Source: Armatimonadota bacterium (GTDB lineage Bacteria; Armatimonadota; Hebobacteria; CAIYQO01). From it: 64,000 bases of DNA. The position numbers were made by a program, and so were the translations under genes. Location: assembly GCA_038248345.1 (NCBI GenBank), contig JBBRXO010000001.1, forward strand, positions 58,769 to 122,768, read 5' to 3'. The notes below the pieces were generated by a model. It saw nothing but the letters and a program-made list of their open reading frames with translations. It was not told the origin of the DNA and did no database searches. Below are positions 35,384 through 44,760 of this stretch, one piece after another. How positions within the stretch are numbered: the first letter of the stretch is position 1; the number at the start of each line of letters is the position of its first letter.

Positions 35384-38300
35384 CTAGTTTTGCAGACTGA
35401 AGAAGAGGACATCCGCCAATGCGGCGCTGTCTTCACCTTGCCAGGTTTTATGGTTTACTTCAGTTGTCGCCGTAGGAGCTACCGTTTTAGGCTCCTTTGG
35501 CGCTTGCGGTGCCGGTGCGGTGACACCGGCGGCGTTCTTCGGTGGTGTCGGAGGAGTTACCGGCTTTACTACCGGTTTGCCACCGATGGTCAGCTTTTTC
35601 GTCAGCACATTCCCCGCTAGATCCTTCACCTGCAGGGTGAGCTTATGCTCTCCGCCAGTGAGGGTCACCTTGCCATCCGGTGAGATCAGCAATACCCACT
35701 CTTCTTTGGAATTAAAGATGCCATCTTCAGCGACCAGCGCGATCCATTGACCATTATCGAGTTGGTAGCGCCCACCTACGATTGTGCAGAGGTTATCCTC
35801 CACATTTAAGCGACTCACCTCGTCCCAATTCGCTACATTATCCGCTACATCAATTACTGGCGGAGTATTGTCGATAATGAACGGAGTTGAGATACTCTCG
35901 GCTGCTTTGGCATCTGTCGGTTTGGCGTATTTATCGCTGGCAACGATCTTTAAGCAATAAATACCGTCAGCAGCTTTTTTGGTATCCCACATAAAGTTCG
36001 GCACGAAGGTCTCGGTTTTGCTGGTGGATTCCTCTGAGGTAGCGGATATCCCGTCCGGACTGTCGGTGCTTGTCTCGCCATTAGGTTCATTCTCATTTGA
36101 TGTGTCACTGCTGGCATCAGGATCAGCCGTGACTTCTGCATCGTCAGGTATTGCGTCGACATTGTTAACATCAACTTGCTTGGTAATATCTGCCTTCGCA
36201 TGCTTGTTGACTTTACCCGCTTTAGGATCAACTGGCGACTTGACAACAGTTGTGGCGGGTTTCGGTTTCGGTTCCGGCTTCGCCAATTTCACTTCTACCG
36301 GTACCCAAGTTTTGCCATCATCGCTGGTGGAGAATACAGTGTAGACGACTTTGTCGCCATCAATATCACGCCCCATCCATCTAACGTTATGCTTCTCATG
36401 CCAGATACTGCCCGCTGGGACGGTAATCATAACGATCGGTACATTGTTCAACGGCAGGTAATGAACTTTAACGAAGTCCATATTGGGTGATGCTGCTCCG
36501 GTACCTGTCAGAGTAACACGCAGCTGTGAATTAGGGGCAGGAGCACTGGTGAGCGTGTCGCCATCTTTGCCGATGAGCGCAAAGTTGCTCCATGTTTCAT
36601 CCGGGGTTGCGGTGAGGCCACCACGTGTCTCCACGACAATCTGCTGTTTATCTTTGACCGTCGAACGAATCTCAACCTGACCCCATTTGGAAACGGAAGG
36701 TACGGTAAGGACGTGTGAAATAAAGGTTCCGCTTGTGCGCGGTTCCATTTTCAATACTTGCGAGGGGGCTGAAGTTACTGCAAAGAGCTCACCCTTCGCT
36801 GACACAGCCATGGCATTGACCATAATAGATTCTGGCCCAACGGAAGCGTTCTCGTCGGTACCGTCGCGCAGATCCTGTCGAGCATAGACGGGGATAACCA
36901 CCGGTTCTACATCCATAGGTTTTTCGATGCAGTACAATCCGCCGCCTGGTGAGCTACTGGCATACAGGACTTCGCCGATCATCTTTATGTCGGTTATTGA
37001 GTCTTCATTGCCAATTCCGCGCATAATAACTTTGCGTGTTCCATTAGGCAACACGCGAGAGATACTGTTATTCGAGGCAGAACCGATGAAGAGCGTCCCG
37101 TCAGCCGCAACCAGCAGGCTGGCAACTGGGCCTTCACCCTCACATACTGCTTCCAGGTATCCTTCTTTATTGAGCCGATAGACCTTTCCGCGTGGTGAGG
37201 TCGCAAGGTAAAGAGTTTTGCCCGGCCCCGCTGTCATAGCGTAGATGAGCTTATCAGGGGCAGTAGCGCCCAGTTGTACGCCGCCGTCATCATGCAGGAT
37301 AAATATCGAACCCTGGTCTGCGGCAGCGTAGACAACGCCTTCGCTAGTTATGGCCATATTCCAGATCACGTCGCCCGGCACCCTCCATGTTGTAGTGATG
37401 TTACCGTTCGGGGTAACACGACGCACTTTCATATCTGGCCAGCTGGCGACGATCAGATTCCCCGCCATGTCAGCGACTAATGATGTAATGGCATGGATAC
37501 CGTCTCCATCAGCTGCATCCTTCGGGAAGACAATCTCAATAGTTCCGTCATCCTTTATACAGGTGACTTTGTTGGTCCCCCACCCGGCGATATAGGTGCC
37601 GTTGGCGGTAGAGACAACTCGGTTAGTAATCACATTTGTATCTGTTGCAGTGTAGATATTCCGCATAGCGGGAACCAGCGTCAACTCGCCTTTGGAGTTG
37701 ACTCCTGTTCCGATATGTTTACCGCGCAGGAAATCGTTTCTGGTTCGTAAGCCCCAGGCATTCTCCTTGGCAGTCAGGGTGATTGGATCTGTACCCCCAG
37801 TTGATCCACCTGGCCGGGAGACTTCGCCACTCGGCTCATTGGGAGCGCCAGGTTTGTTGCCTGCATCAGGTTTTGCAGGGGGCGAATCAGGAGTGTTGCT
37901 ATGAATAGAAAGCGGCAGCAATGGGCTATCATTCACCGTTGCATAATGTGGAAGGGTCATCACGTGACGAGGTTGTAAGTCTTTGGAGAAGTTTGACTTC
38001 AATATGCTCAGCTGTTCACGTTGCATCTTCGTCATACTACTATTCAACACTGACATTTCGCCTTCATAATCGGACGGCCCAGCCGGGCCACCGGGGGTGC
38101 CTGCACCAGTGCTGCCATTAGGCATAGCGGTAGACAGGAAGGGAGATGACCCGCTCATAATCATATCTGTCATGGTGCGGCCAGTGCGGTACATCGACTC
38201 ATCTGTCTGAATCTGGATGATCATCTCGCCGCCGCCGGAGAGAATGTAAGGCATTGGGGCTACATCTAAAGTGGCTGTAGGTTTAATTGAGCTACTACCA

Positions 38301-40102
38301 AAGCCCCTGTCATACATATCGTCGCCGTTGCTGTTGCCTATGCTCAAATCTGATTCACGCAAGATGCCGACAATCTGCGTCGGGATATTGGTGATCTTGT
38401 GGCCGCGATAATCATAGCTCGGGGAAGGTGATGCTTTCAACACCAGCATGTTGTTACTTGTGGGATTACCTTGCAGATAGCGAATTATCCCTTTAACACC
38501 CTCTTCCTGATCCGGAACGGCTGTTAACATCGACTTCAGGCTACTTGCTTCAGAACCTCCAGCGATGATGACACCCATCACCTGATCAACGGTATTCTCC
38601 GGGATGTGAACTTTTACAATTTTCTCTTCTACCGGTTTACCGTAGGGGCGGATCTTCACGGTGAAATTAACATCTTCACCGGGACGTGCCACTAAACGAT
38701 CGGGGATGATCTTCTCAATAGTGGCGAAATTGCGGCCAGGAACAAATGACATGTTGACGTATACTTGGTTGATTTTTACCGATTCGTACTTGTTACGCAT
38801 CAGGAATCCACTTAATGCATACAACTCAAACATCGGCATATCCCATGAGCCTATCTCTGGAGCAAACACAGAATCAAAGGAGATATCGCCATATTTGTCG
38901 GTGGACATTACCGTCTTTCCGGTGTATGTCCCCTCCCCCGAGCCCCATACATCGCCCAAGTCTGCAGCGCCACCTACCATAAAGTATAGATACAGCAAAA
39001 TTGGAGCAAACTCCGGGTCGTTAATAACTTCTACTGCATAACGAGTATCCAGTGAGCGGCTGTCATCTTTCAAATATAGCAGGCCCTTGATCGTTTCCGA
39101 TACCTGACCTACTTTGCCAGCGAGGGCGAATTTACGGTCCGAGGTCGCCGTGCCTACCGGTTTACCGATTGGAGAACCTAACTTGAAGGAGCTTAAGGCT
39201 GAACTCACTATTCCATCGATATAACAAACCGAGAGCGGCATATCAATGTCGCCACGCCCCATGAACGGGTGGCCGAAACAAAGGACAGTGTCGTCCTTTA
39301 CGTATGTCACTGTACCCACCGCTGCCATATTCGAGTCGCCGGACATTAATGAGATGCCCACGGCACTACCCGCTTCCAACTGTGGAGCTTCCTCGTCGAT
39401 ACGTCCCCCTGGCCCAGGCGCAGCTTGCAGGTTATATTTATCGAATATCTGTTGTAGCGGCTTCAGCGCACGCTCATTCATGCCGTTGATGAACACCGGA
39501 GTGGCAACTGGGGTCATGATCAGCGTGTTGTCCGTCACTGTCCCTTTCAATTGCAAAGCCTCGGCAGCGTTGGTGGCGATCTTGGCGCCGGTGAACAACT
39601 TGCCACCGATTTTGATACCACCAGCATCGGCGATCATCCTTTTGGTCAGCGATGGGTCAGCGCTACCCGGTTCGGTGCAGTCGAGCATCGCTGATATGGG
39701 AGTTACACCAGCGAGAGGCTCCTGCTGGAAGCTAAAACCGTAGGCATAAGCACCGATGAGACGACCGTCAATGTAGATCGGACTGCCACTCATCCCGGCA
39801 ACAGTTTGTAGCTTGCGGTCTACCACCGGGCCATCCAGGACTTTGATGAGGATCATATCGAATCCGAAGTCAATCTTTCGCAGAATGCCAACGACTTCGA
39901 TATTGAAGGTCTCGATCTTAGTGCCTTGGAATACTGATTTACCATAACCGCGCATTCCGGGCGATATCTCCCTGACGCTCATGAACTCCTTGTCATCCCA
40001 GTTGAGCTTTGCTGATGCAGAAAACGCACTTGCGCCCAGCAACAACAACATTACGCCGAACAGCCAATTAATTCGTCTCACGGAAGTCTCCTTATCCTGC
40101 AT
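35384..40102 (-). CDS. 1572-aa secreted multidomain protein: S55 (SpoIVB-type) serine peptidase region, beta-propeller, Ig/FN3-like modules, Pro-rich and acidic linkers
   Basis: ORF track. Signal peptide MQDKETSVRRINWLFGVMLLLLGASAFSASA. VAGMSGSPIYIDGRLIGAYAYGF (aa ~101-123) matches SpoIVB GMSGSPIIQNGKVIGAV. GTVTYVKDDTVLCFGHPF (aa ~263-280) matches SpoIVB GTLTFYDPETKKYGALGH (from memory). Propeller-like repeats occupy aa ~800-1150, and the C-terminal modules look Ig-like. Confidence 0.8.
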   Translation of the reverse strand: MQDKETSVRRINWLFGVMLLLLGASAFSASAKLNWDDKEFMSVREISPGMRGYGKSVFQGTKIETFNIEVVGILRKIDFGFDMILIKVLDGPVVDRKLQTVAGMSGSPIYIDGRLIGAYAYGFSFQQEPLAGVTPISAMLDCTEPGSADPSLTKRMIADAGGIKIGGKLFTGAKIATNAAEALQLKGTVTDNTLIMTPVATPVFINGMNERALKPLQQIFDKYNLQAAPGPGGRIDEEAPQLEAGSAVGISLMSGDSNMAAVGTVTYVKDDTVLCFGHPFMGRGDIDMPLSVCYIDGIVSSALSSFKLGSPIGKPVGTATSDRKFALAGKVGQVSETIKGLLYLKDDSRSLDTRYAVEVINDPEFAPILLYLYFMVGGAADLGDVWGSGEGTYTGKTVMSTDKYGDISFDSVFAPEIGSWDMPMFELYALSGFLMRNKYESVKINQVYVNMSFVPGRNFATIEKIIPDRLVARPGEDVNFTVKIRPYGKPVEEKIVKVHIPENTVDQVMGVIIAGGSEASSLKSMLTAVPDQEEGVKGIIRYLQGNPTSNNMLVLKASPSPSYDYRGHKITNIPTQIVGILRESDLSIGNSNGDDMYDRGFGSSSIKPTATLDVAPMPYILSGGGEMIIQIQTDESMYRTGRTMTDMIMSGSSPFLSTAMPNGSTGAGTPGGPAGPSDYEGEMSVLNSSMTKMQREQLSILKSNFSKDLQPRHVMTLPHYATVNDSPLLPLSIHSNTPDSPPAKPDAGNKPGAPNEPSGEVSRPGGSTGGTDPITLTAKENAWGLRTRNDFLRGKHIGTGVNSKGELTLVPAMRNIYTATDTNVITNRVVSTANGTYIAGWGTNKVTCIKDDGTIEIVFPKDAADGDGIHAITSLVADMAGNLIVASWPDMKVRRVTPNGNITTTWRVPGDVIWNMAITSEGVVYAAADQGSIFILHDDGGVQLGATAPDKLIYAMTAGPGKTLYLATSPRGKVYRLNKEGYLEAVCEGEGPVASLLVAADGTLFIGSASNNSISRVLPNGTRKVIMRGIGNEDSITDIKMIGEVLYASSSPGGGLYCIEKPMDVEPVVIPVYARQDLRDGTDENASVGPESIMVNAMAVSAKGELFAVTSAPSQVLKMEPRTSGTFISHVLTVPSVSKWGQVEIRSTVKDKQQIVVETRGGLTATPDETWSNFALIGKDGDTLTSAPAPNSQLRVTLTGTGAASPNMDFVKVHYLPLNNVPIVMITVPAGSIWHEKHNVRWMGRDIDGDKVVYTVFSTSDDGKTWVPVEVKLAKPEPKPKPATTVVKSPVDPKAGKVNKHAKADITKQVDVNNVDAIPDDAEVTADPDASSDTSNENEPNGETSTDSPDGISATSEESTSKTETFVPNFMWDTKKAADGIYCLKIVASDKYAKPTDAKAAESISTPFIIDNTPPVIDVADNVANWDEVSRLNVEDNLCTIVGGRYQLDNGQWIALVAEDGIFNSKEEWVLLISPDGKVTLTGGEHKLTLQVKDLAGNVLTKKLTIGGKPVVKPVTPPTPPKNAAGVTAPAPQAPKEPKTVAPTATTEVNHKTWQGEDSAALADVLFFSLQN

Positions 40103-40299
40103 CGATAGCCTGTCTGGCTACCTCACGGTCCCACACTACGGGATTTGGCAAACGAGTCTGCGGTTATTTCGTCCTTTTGACGCTTAACACGTAATATACT
40201 TTCCACGCAAAAGCCTCGTTTCCTTTTTCTGAAACAAACCTTGTAGAAAAAATACCATAAATTTGCAAAAAATGGAATGATTGAAGGTTAAATTACGTA

Positions 40300-41724
40300 C
40301 TAAGGCGCGGGGCGAGGCTTAAATACGGCAATCCATGCTTCGCACCAGCCGACATTATCGGCATAATCTATCCCCCCCACACCGGAAGTGGTGTCATTTA
40401 ATGACAATTTTATGGTGCTGCCGGGGGTAGCTGTAGCAGGTATTAACCAAGATGCTCGACTCGCTAAATATTTTAACTGATTCGTATCAATGCTGGCGGC
40501 ATTTACATCACCAATATACCCTATCAACTGGCAGTGAGGTTTATTGGCAAAAAGCATTGATGCCCCGAATGATGTCTCCACCGGGTCGCCATCCGCGGTG
40601 AACAATATCTTTCCTTGTTCATTAAACAAAAGCGCATACTTTTGATTAGCAGTGAACACTGTTGGATCTAATATTTTATCATTAGCCTTCCACGCCCATT
40701 TAGCGTTAGCTACTACCATCACATAATCACCGGGATTCACCGCCACTCCGGTGTCATAAAATCCGTATCCCGTGGGGGTGGATTGTGCGCTACTTGAGAG
40801 ATCAGTATCTGCTGTGAATTTCCGGTACATTACCTGCACCAGTGGCATGGAGGTAGCAGCATTATTCCCCAGTGAATCGCCGAAGGAAGCCATCGTATCC
40901 GCCTTGGCGCTGAAGGGTTCTCTATTGATGCGCCAGTCAATGGCTGGGCGCGGAGTTGCCGGTGGTCGGCGTCCAATAAACCCGGAATCGGAGGCATTAG
41001 AGCGTACTGGATGCAACATTAAGGCCTCGCCCCCAACTGTCACCGCGGGGACAGTCTCTGGATAGCCTGAGCCCTCAATGTGATTCAAACACATCGTAAT
41101 GATAGTATTCGACGGGGCACGGTAGTTCCACAATCCCTGATAGAGACCACGCGGAATATTAAACGGCTGACCATTCTTCTGCTCAATTAAGCCTAAATTC
41201 CATTTACAGTCTTTATTCGCAAGGTCATAGGAATCAAAGGAAGGATCAACCACACGCGGATCGCCAAAGAAATAGTTTGCCGCCTCCACCGTGGTTACTG
41301 GGAAAGGGAGACCAGAATAGGTGGTGACATAGCCAAATCTATTATAGCCATACTGATAGGTGGAATCTGTCTGGTCGCGGCTTATGTCGGTGCGACCTAA
41401 TCGTTCTGGGTAGGTATCGCGGGTACACCATAGGCTACTTTCCGCAATGCTTATCGCAGAGATATTCAACCCGGTGACGCCTCCCCGCGGTATTCCACGC
41501 AAGCCAACTCCGCCTGGCATATTGGGATACGCGTTATAATCCTGATGGTAAATCATCACACCCTGGGCAATAACACGCATATTGTGTATGCAGGAGTTAC
41601 GCACTGCTTGCTCTTTCACTCTGCTGAAGACAGGGAAAATCATCGCCATCAGTATGGCGATGATGGCAACGACCACAATCATCTCTATCAGCGTGAAACC
41701 TTTAATAGATCGATACGACATCAT
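40300..41724 (-). CDS. Prepilin-type N-terminal cleavage/methylation domain protein (pseudopilin-like) with LecA/PA-IL-like C-terminal domain
   Basis: ORF track, 474 aa. KGFTLIEMIVVVAIIAILMAMIFPVF is the type IV pilin / T2SS pseudopilin leader and hydrophobic helix. C-terminal VNPGDYVMVVANAKWAW...HCQLIGYIGD...IKLSLNDTTSGVGGIDYADNVG resembles P. aeruginosa LecA YNPGDVITIVAAGWASY...FCGALVMKIGN...ITLIYNDVPGTYGNNSG (from memory). Confidence 0.8.
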   Translation of the reverse strand: MMSYRSIKGFTLIEMIVVVAIIAILMAMIFPVFSRVKEQAVRNSCIHNMRVIAQGVMIYHQDYNAYPNMPGGVGLRGIPRGGVTGLNISAISIAESSLWCTRDTYPERLGRTDISRDQTDSTYQYGYNRFGYVTTYSGLPFPVTTVEAANYFFGDPRVVDPSFDSYDLANKDCKWNLGLIEQKNGQPFNIPRGLYQGLWNYRAPSNTIITMCLNHIEGSGYPETVPAVTVGGEALMLHPVRSNASDSGFIGRRPPATPRPAIDWRINREPFSAKADTMASFGDSLGNNAATSMPLVQVMYRKFTADTDLSSSAQSTPTGYGFYDTGVAVNPGDYVMVVANAKWAWKANDKILDPTVFTANQKYALLFNEQGKILFTADGDPVETSFGASMLFANKPHCQLIGYIGDVNAASIDTNQLKYLASRASWLIPATATPGSTIKLSLNDTTSGVGGIDYADNVGWCEAWIAVFKPRPAP

Positions 41725-41831
41725 CCCCCCACCCAGCTTGCTAGCAGGTATGTGAAATTATTATACCACAAAGGGGATGATGTTAAGCAGAACAGGTGCT
41801 CAATTTCGTCCTTATTGAACGATGAACGTTA

Positions 41832-42317
41832 CTACATCGCGTAGGGCAGGCGTTCGGATTTATCAATATCTTCCATCATATCCCCATCGATTTTATAATC
41901 TTTCAGCACGAAGTGTGTGGTTGTGCTGAGCACGCTATCAAGAGAAGCGAGTTTGGTAGTGACGAAGCGGGCGATATCGCGCAGGTCTTTGCCTTTCACC
42001 ACCACGTGCAGATCGTAGCTGCCGCTGAGCAGGTAAAGCGAATGTACCTCCGGAAAACCCATGATACGCTCGGCGATCTGGTCGAAACCCACCTCGCGTT
42101 GCGGGGTCACCTTGACCTCAATAAAACTGAAGGTGGTGTCGTGATCATCCACCTTCTCCCAATTGATTACCGCCTTGTATTTGCGGATCACACCTTTTGC
42201 CTCGGCATCAATGACGAATGCGCGCACCTGCTCCACCGGCTTGCCGCTCCGCTCCGCCAACTGCTCCGCCGTCAACCGGCCATCCAGTTCTAACATCCGC
42301 AAAATATCATTCATCAT
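41832..42317 (-). CDS. Lrp/AsnC family transcriptional regulator
   Basis: ORF track, 161 aa. The N-terminal HTH (ILRMLELDGRLTAEQLAERSGKPVEQV) and the C-terminal RAM-like domain (FIEVKV...HSLYLLSGSYDLHVVVKGKDLRDI) are typical. Confidence 0.85.
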   Translation of the reverse strand: MMNDILRMLELDGRLTAEQLAERSGKPVEQVRAFVIDAEAKGVIRKYKAVINWEKVDDHDTTFSFIEVKVTPQREVGFDQIAERIMGFPEVHSLYLLSGSYDLHVVVKGKDLRDIARFVTTKLASLDSVLSTTTHFVLKDYKIDGDMMEDIDKSERLPYAM

Positions 42318-42379
42318 CTAATACCTCAGCAGTAATTGTAACCGTTGCACCCGTGGGTAGCAAGCGGTATGATAACTCT

Positions 42380-43291
42380 ATGGCACATGAAATTGATGAA
42401 TATCTGGAATATCTACTGGAAGTTAAGCGCTCCTCGCCGCATACGGTCAAAGCTTATGCCGAAGACCTACACCATTTCACCACCTGGCTGGCCAACGACG
42501 GCAAGGATGATCTGCGAGCGATAAGCGTATCCGACGTGCGGCTGTATCTGGCTGGCCTGATGACTGCCGGACTGGCGCGTACCAGCATGGGGCGGCATCT
42601 GTCAGCCTTACGCGGGGTATTCCGCTACCTCGTCAGCCGCAAATATCGCGATGATGACCCTACCACGGGAGTACGTGCTCCGAAACTACCCGAACGGTTG
42701 CCGCATTTTCTGGAGGAAGATGAAATGGGCGATTTGCTGCATGCGCCCGACCTGTCCACCCCACTTGGGCAGCGTGATCGGGCGATATTAGAGACGCTCT
42801 ACGCCTCCGGGATGCGCGTGAGTGAGCTGGTGGGTCTCGATCTGCACGATATTGATATTGCCGACACCACCGCCGGGTTGGCGGCGCTGCGCATCACCGG
42901 CAAAGGGCGTAAGCAGCGCATCGTGGTCCTGGGGGAGGAAGCGGTAGCGTCGTTGACGGCCTATCGGGAAAGCGGACGCCCCATGCTGGCGGTAAAGAGC
43001 GCGCCGGACACATCAAACGCATTATTCCTCAATCAGTCAGGCGGACGCCTGACGGCACGCAGCGTGGCACGCATGTTACATAAATATGTCATACTCACCT
43101 GCGCGCGGCGCGGCATCAGCCCGCACGCATTGCGCCACACCTTCGCCACCCACCTGCTCAATCACGGCGCTGACCTTCGCACGGTACAGCAGTTACTAGG
43201 CCACGTCTCCCTCGCCAGCACCGAGATCTACACCCACGTCTCCGCCCGCCGCCTGCGCGAGGTATATGAGCTGGCGCACCCGCGAGCATAG
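42380..43291 (+). CDS. xerC: Tyrosine recombinase XerC/XerD family
   Basis: ORF track 42218..43291. That long version overlaps the Lrp gene, so I start at ATG 42380 (MAHEIDEYLEYLLEVKRSSPHTVKAYAEDL). The catalytic region reads HALRHTFATHLLNHGADLRTVQQLLGHVSLASTEIYTHV. Confidence 0.88.
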   Translation: MAHEIDEYLEYLLEVKRSSPHTVKAYAEDLHHFTTWLANDGKDDLRAISVSDVRLYLAGLMTAGLARTSMGRHLSALRGVFRYLVSRKYRDDDPTTGVRAPKLPERLPHFLEEDEMGDLLHAPDLSTPLGQRDRAILETLYASGMRVSELVGLDLHDIDIADTTAGLAALRITGKGRKQRIVVLGEEAVASLTAYRESGRPMLAVKSAPDTSNALFLNQSGGRLTARSVARMLHKYVILTCARRGISPHALRHTFATHLLNHGADLRTVQQLLGHVSLASTEIYTHVSARRLREVYELAHPRA

Positions 43292-43398
43292 GTTTTTTCT
43301 TCTCGTACCCCCTACCCAAAAATTGCGATAAAAGGCATAATAGTACATACACGTATTCATGGCATCGCTAAATTACATCCAGGACGATAATACTAAAA

Positions 43399-44655
43399 AT
43401 GCTAATATTTTTTGATTTTTTACTAAAGCTTGTCACACCCATGCCGATTCGCACCGACAGGACTTTGACGAAAATCCCCTACGTTACCTATTCGTTACTG
43501 ATTATCAATATACTCGTACACCTCTTCACATTGAGTCTAAGTGAGGTGCAGCTGCAATCATTCCATCACGCGTGGGGGTTTATTCCTAACGAATCGAACT
43601 TCGTCACTCTTTTTGCACACTCTTTCCTGCATGGCGGCCTTATGCACCTGGTAGGCAACATGTTACTGCTGTGGATCGTCGGCACAGTGCTAGAATCCGG
43701 TATCGGTAGCATCCTGTTTTTAATGCTTTACGCCGCCAGCACCATTGCTGCAGCATTGCTTAACGCCGTGATTACGCAAATATTCGTCCCCAGTGAAATG
43801 GGAATCGTGCTTATCGGTGCCTCTGGTGCTATCTCCGGGGTGCTGGGATATGCTACTTTCCGCTACTACCATCTGCGGGTTATGACTATTTTGTTGGCTT
43901 TTGGCTTGATACCTATTTGGTTTTTCTGGTTCCCTTTCTGGACCTATGGCGCATATTTTGTTGTCACCAACATCATCTCCGGGGTGAGTGCTTTACTTGA
44001 CCCCAATAATTCCGGCAGCGTTGCCTATTGGGCACATATCGGCGGTTTCGGTATTGGAATGCTAGCAGCATTGTTGCTCAAATCCGGCGATGATGGAAAA
44101 CGGGAAAATATCATCGAAAACTCCGCCCGGGTGGCCAATCGCGGCGAGCGCACTTACAGCTCCATCCAGGAAGTCTGGGATCAGCTGAAGAAGAACCCCA
44201 CTGATCCAGAATTACTGGAAGCATTGGCGGGGCTGCTGCTGGTGGAGGGGCAACTAGAGCAAAGCCGCGATTACTATCTGCGCGCGGTGACAGAGTTCCA
44301 GGCGCAGCGCCAGCCAGATAGGGCTGCGATAAGCTATCTGAATGTACTGCACAATTTCCCCACCACCGCACTGCCATTGCGCGACCAGATGAATGTGGCG
44401 GCAGCACTGGAACGCAGCGGTCATTTCGCCGAATCCGCACAAGCTTATTCGCTGGTGTCACATATCTACCCAGACACCGATGAAGCGCAGAACTCTATGC
44501 TCCGCACCGCCGCCCTCTATTCGCGTTACTTCCATGACGATGAACAAGCGAAGACGATCCTGCAGGAACTAATCCGCTGCTACCCCAACTCCACCTGGTG
44601 CGACATGGCCAAAGACCGCTTGAGAAGTTTCGAAAAGCGGATGGGGCTGAAATAG
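43399..44655 (+). CDS. Rhomboid family intramembrane serine protease with C-terminal TPR-like domain
   Basis: ORF track, 418 aa. FLHGGLMHLVGNMLLLW, GASGAISGVLG and WAHIGGFGIGM are the rhomboid motifs. The helical-repeat tail looks TPR-like. The start could instead be ATG 43441. Confidence 0.85.
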   Translation: MLIFFDFLLKLVTPMPIRTDRTLTKIPYVTYSLLIINILVHLFTLSLSEVQLQSFHHAWGFIPNESNFVTLFAHSFLHGGLMHLVGNMLLLWIVGTVLESGIGSILFLMLYAASTIAAALLNAVITQIFVPSEMGIVLIGASGAISGVLGYATFRYYHLRVMTILLAFGLIPIWFFWFPFWTYGAYFVVTNIISGVSALLDPNNSGSVAYWAHIGGFGIGMLAALLLKSGDDGKRENIIENSARVANRGERTYSSIQEVWDQLKKNPTDPELLEALAGLLLVEGQLEQSRDYYLRAVTEFQAQRQPDRAAISYLNVLHNFPTTALPLRDQMNVAAALERSGHFAESAQAYSLVSHIYPDTDEAQNSMLRTAALYSRYFHDDEQAKTILQELIRCYPNSTWCDMAKDRLRSFEKRMGLK

Positions 44656-44760
44656 TTGTAAGTTCCAAGTTCCAAATTCCAGATTCCAAGTATGATCTAA
44701 TGACAAGTAAGCATCGGAATCATACTTGGAACTTGGAATTTGAAACTTGGAACTATTTTA
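44649..44760. repeat. Long imperfect inverted repeat of TTCCAAG-type units between convergent genes (likely bidirectional terminator / REP-like element)
   Basis: The left arm 44662-44696 (GTTCCAAGTTCCAAATTCCAGATTCCAAGTATGAT) matches the reverse complement of 44719-44753 at 32 of 35 positions, with a 22-nt loop. Both flanking stop codons are followed by AATAGTT. Confidence 0.7.

Noticed and set aside
42380-43291. Tyrosine recombinase as a marker of an integrated mobile element or prophage
   Set aside because: The sequence looks like a housekeeping XerC/XerD (typical N-terminal SAM-like domain and catalytic RHRY region). There are no phage, transposase or att-like features around it, and the flanking genes are ordinary.
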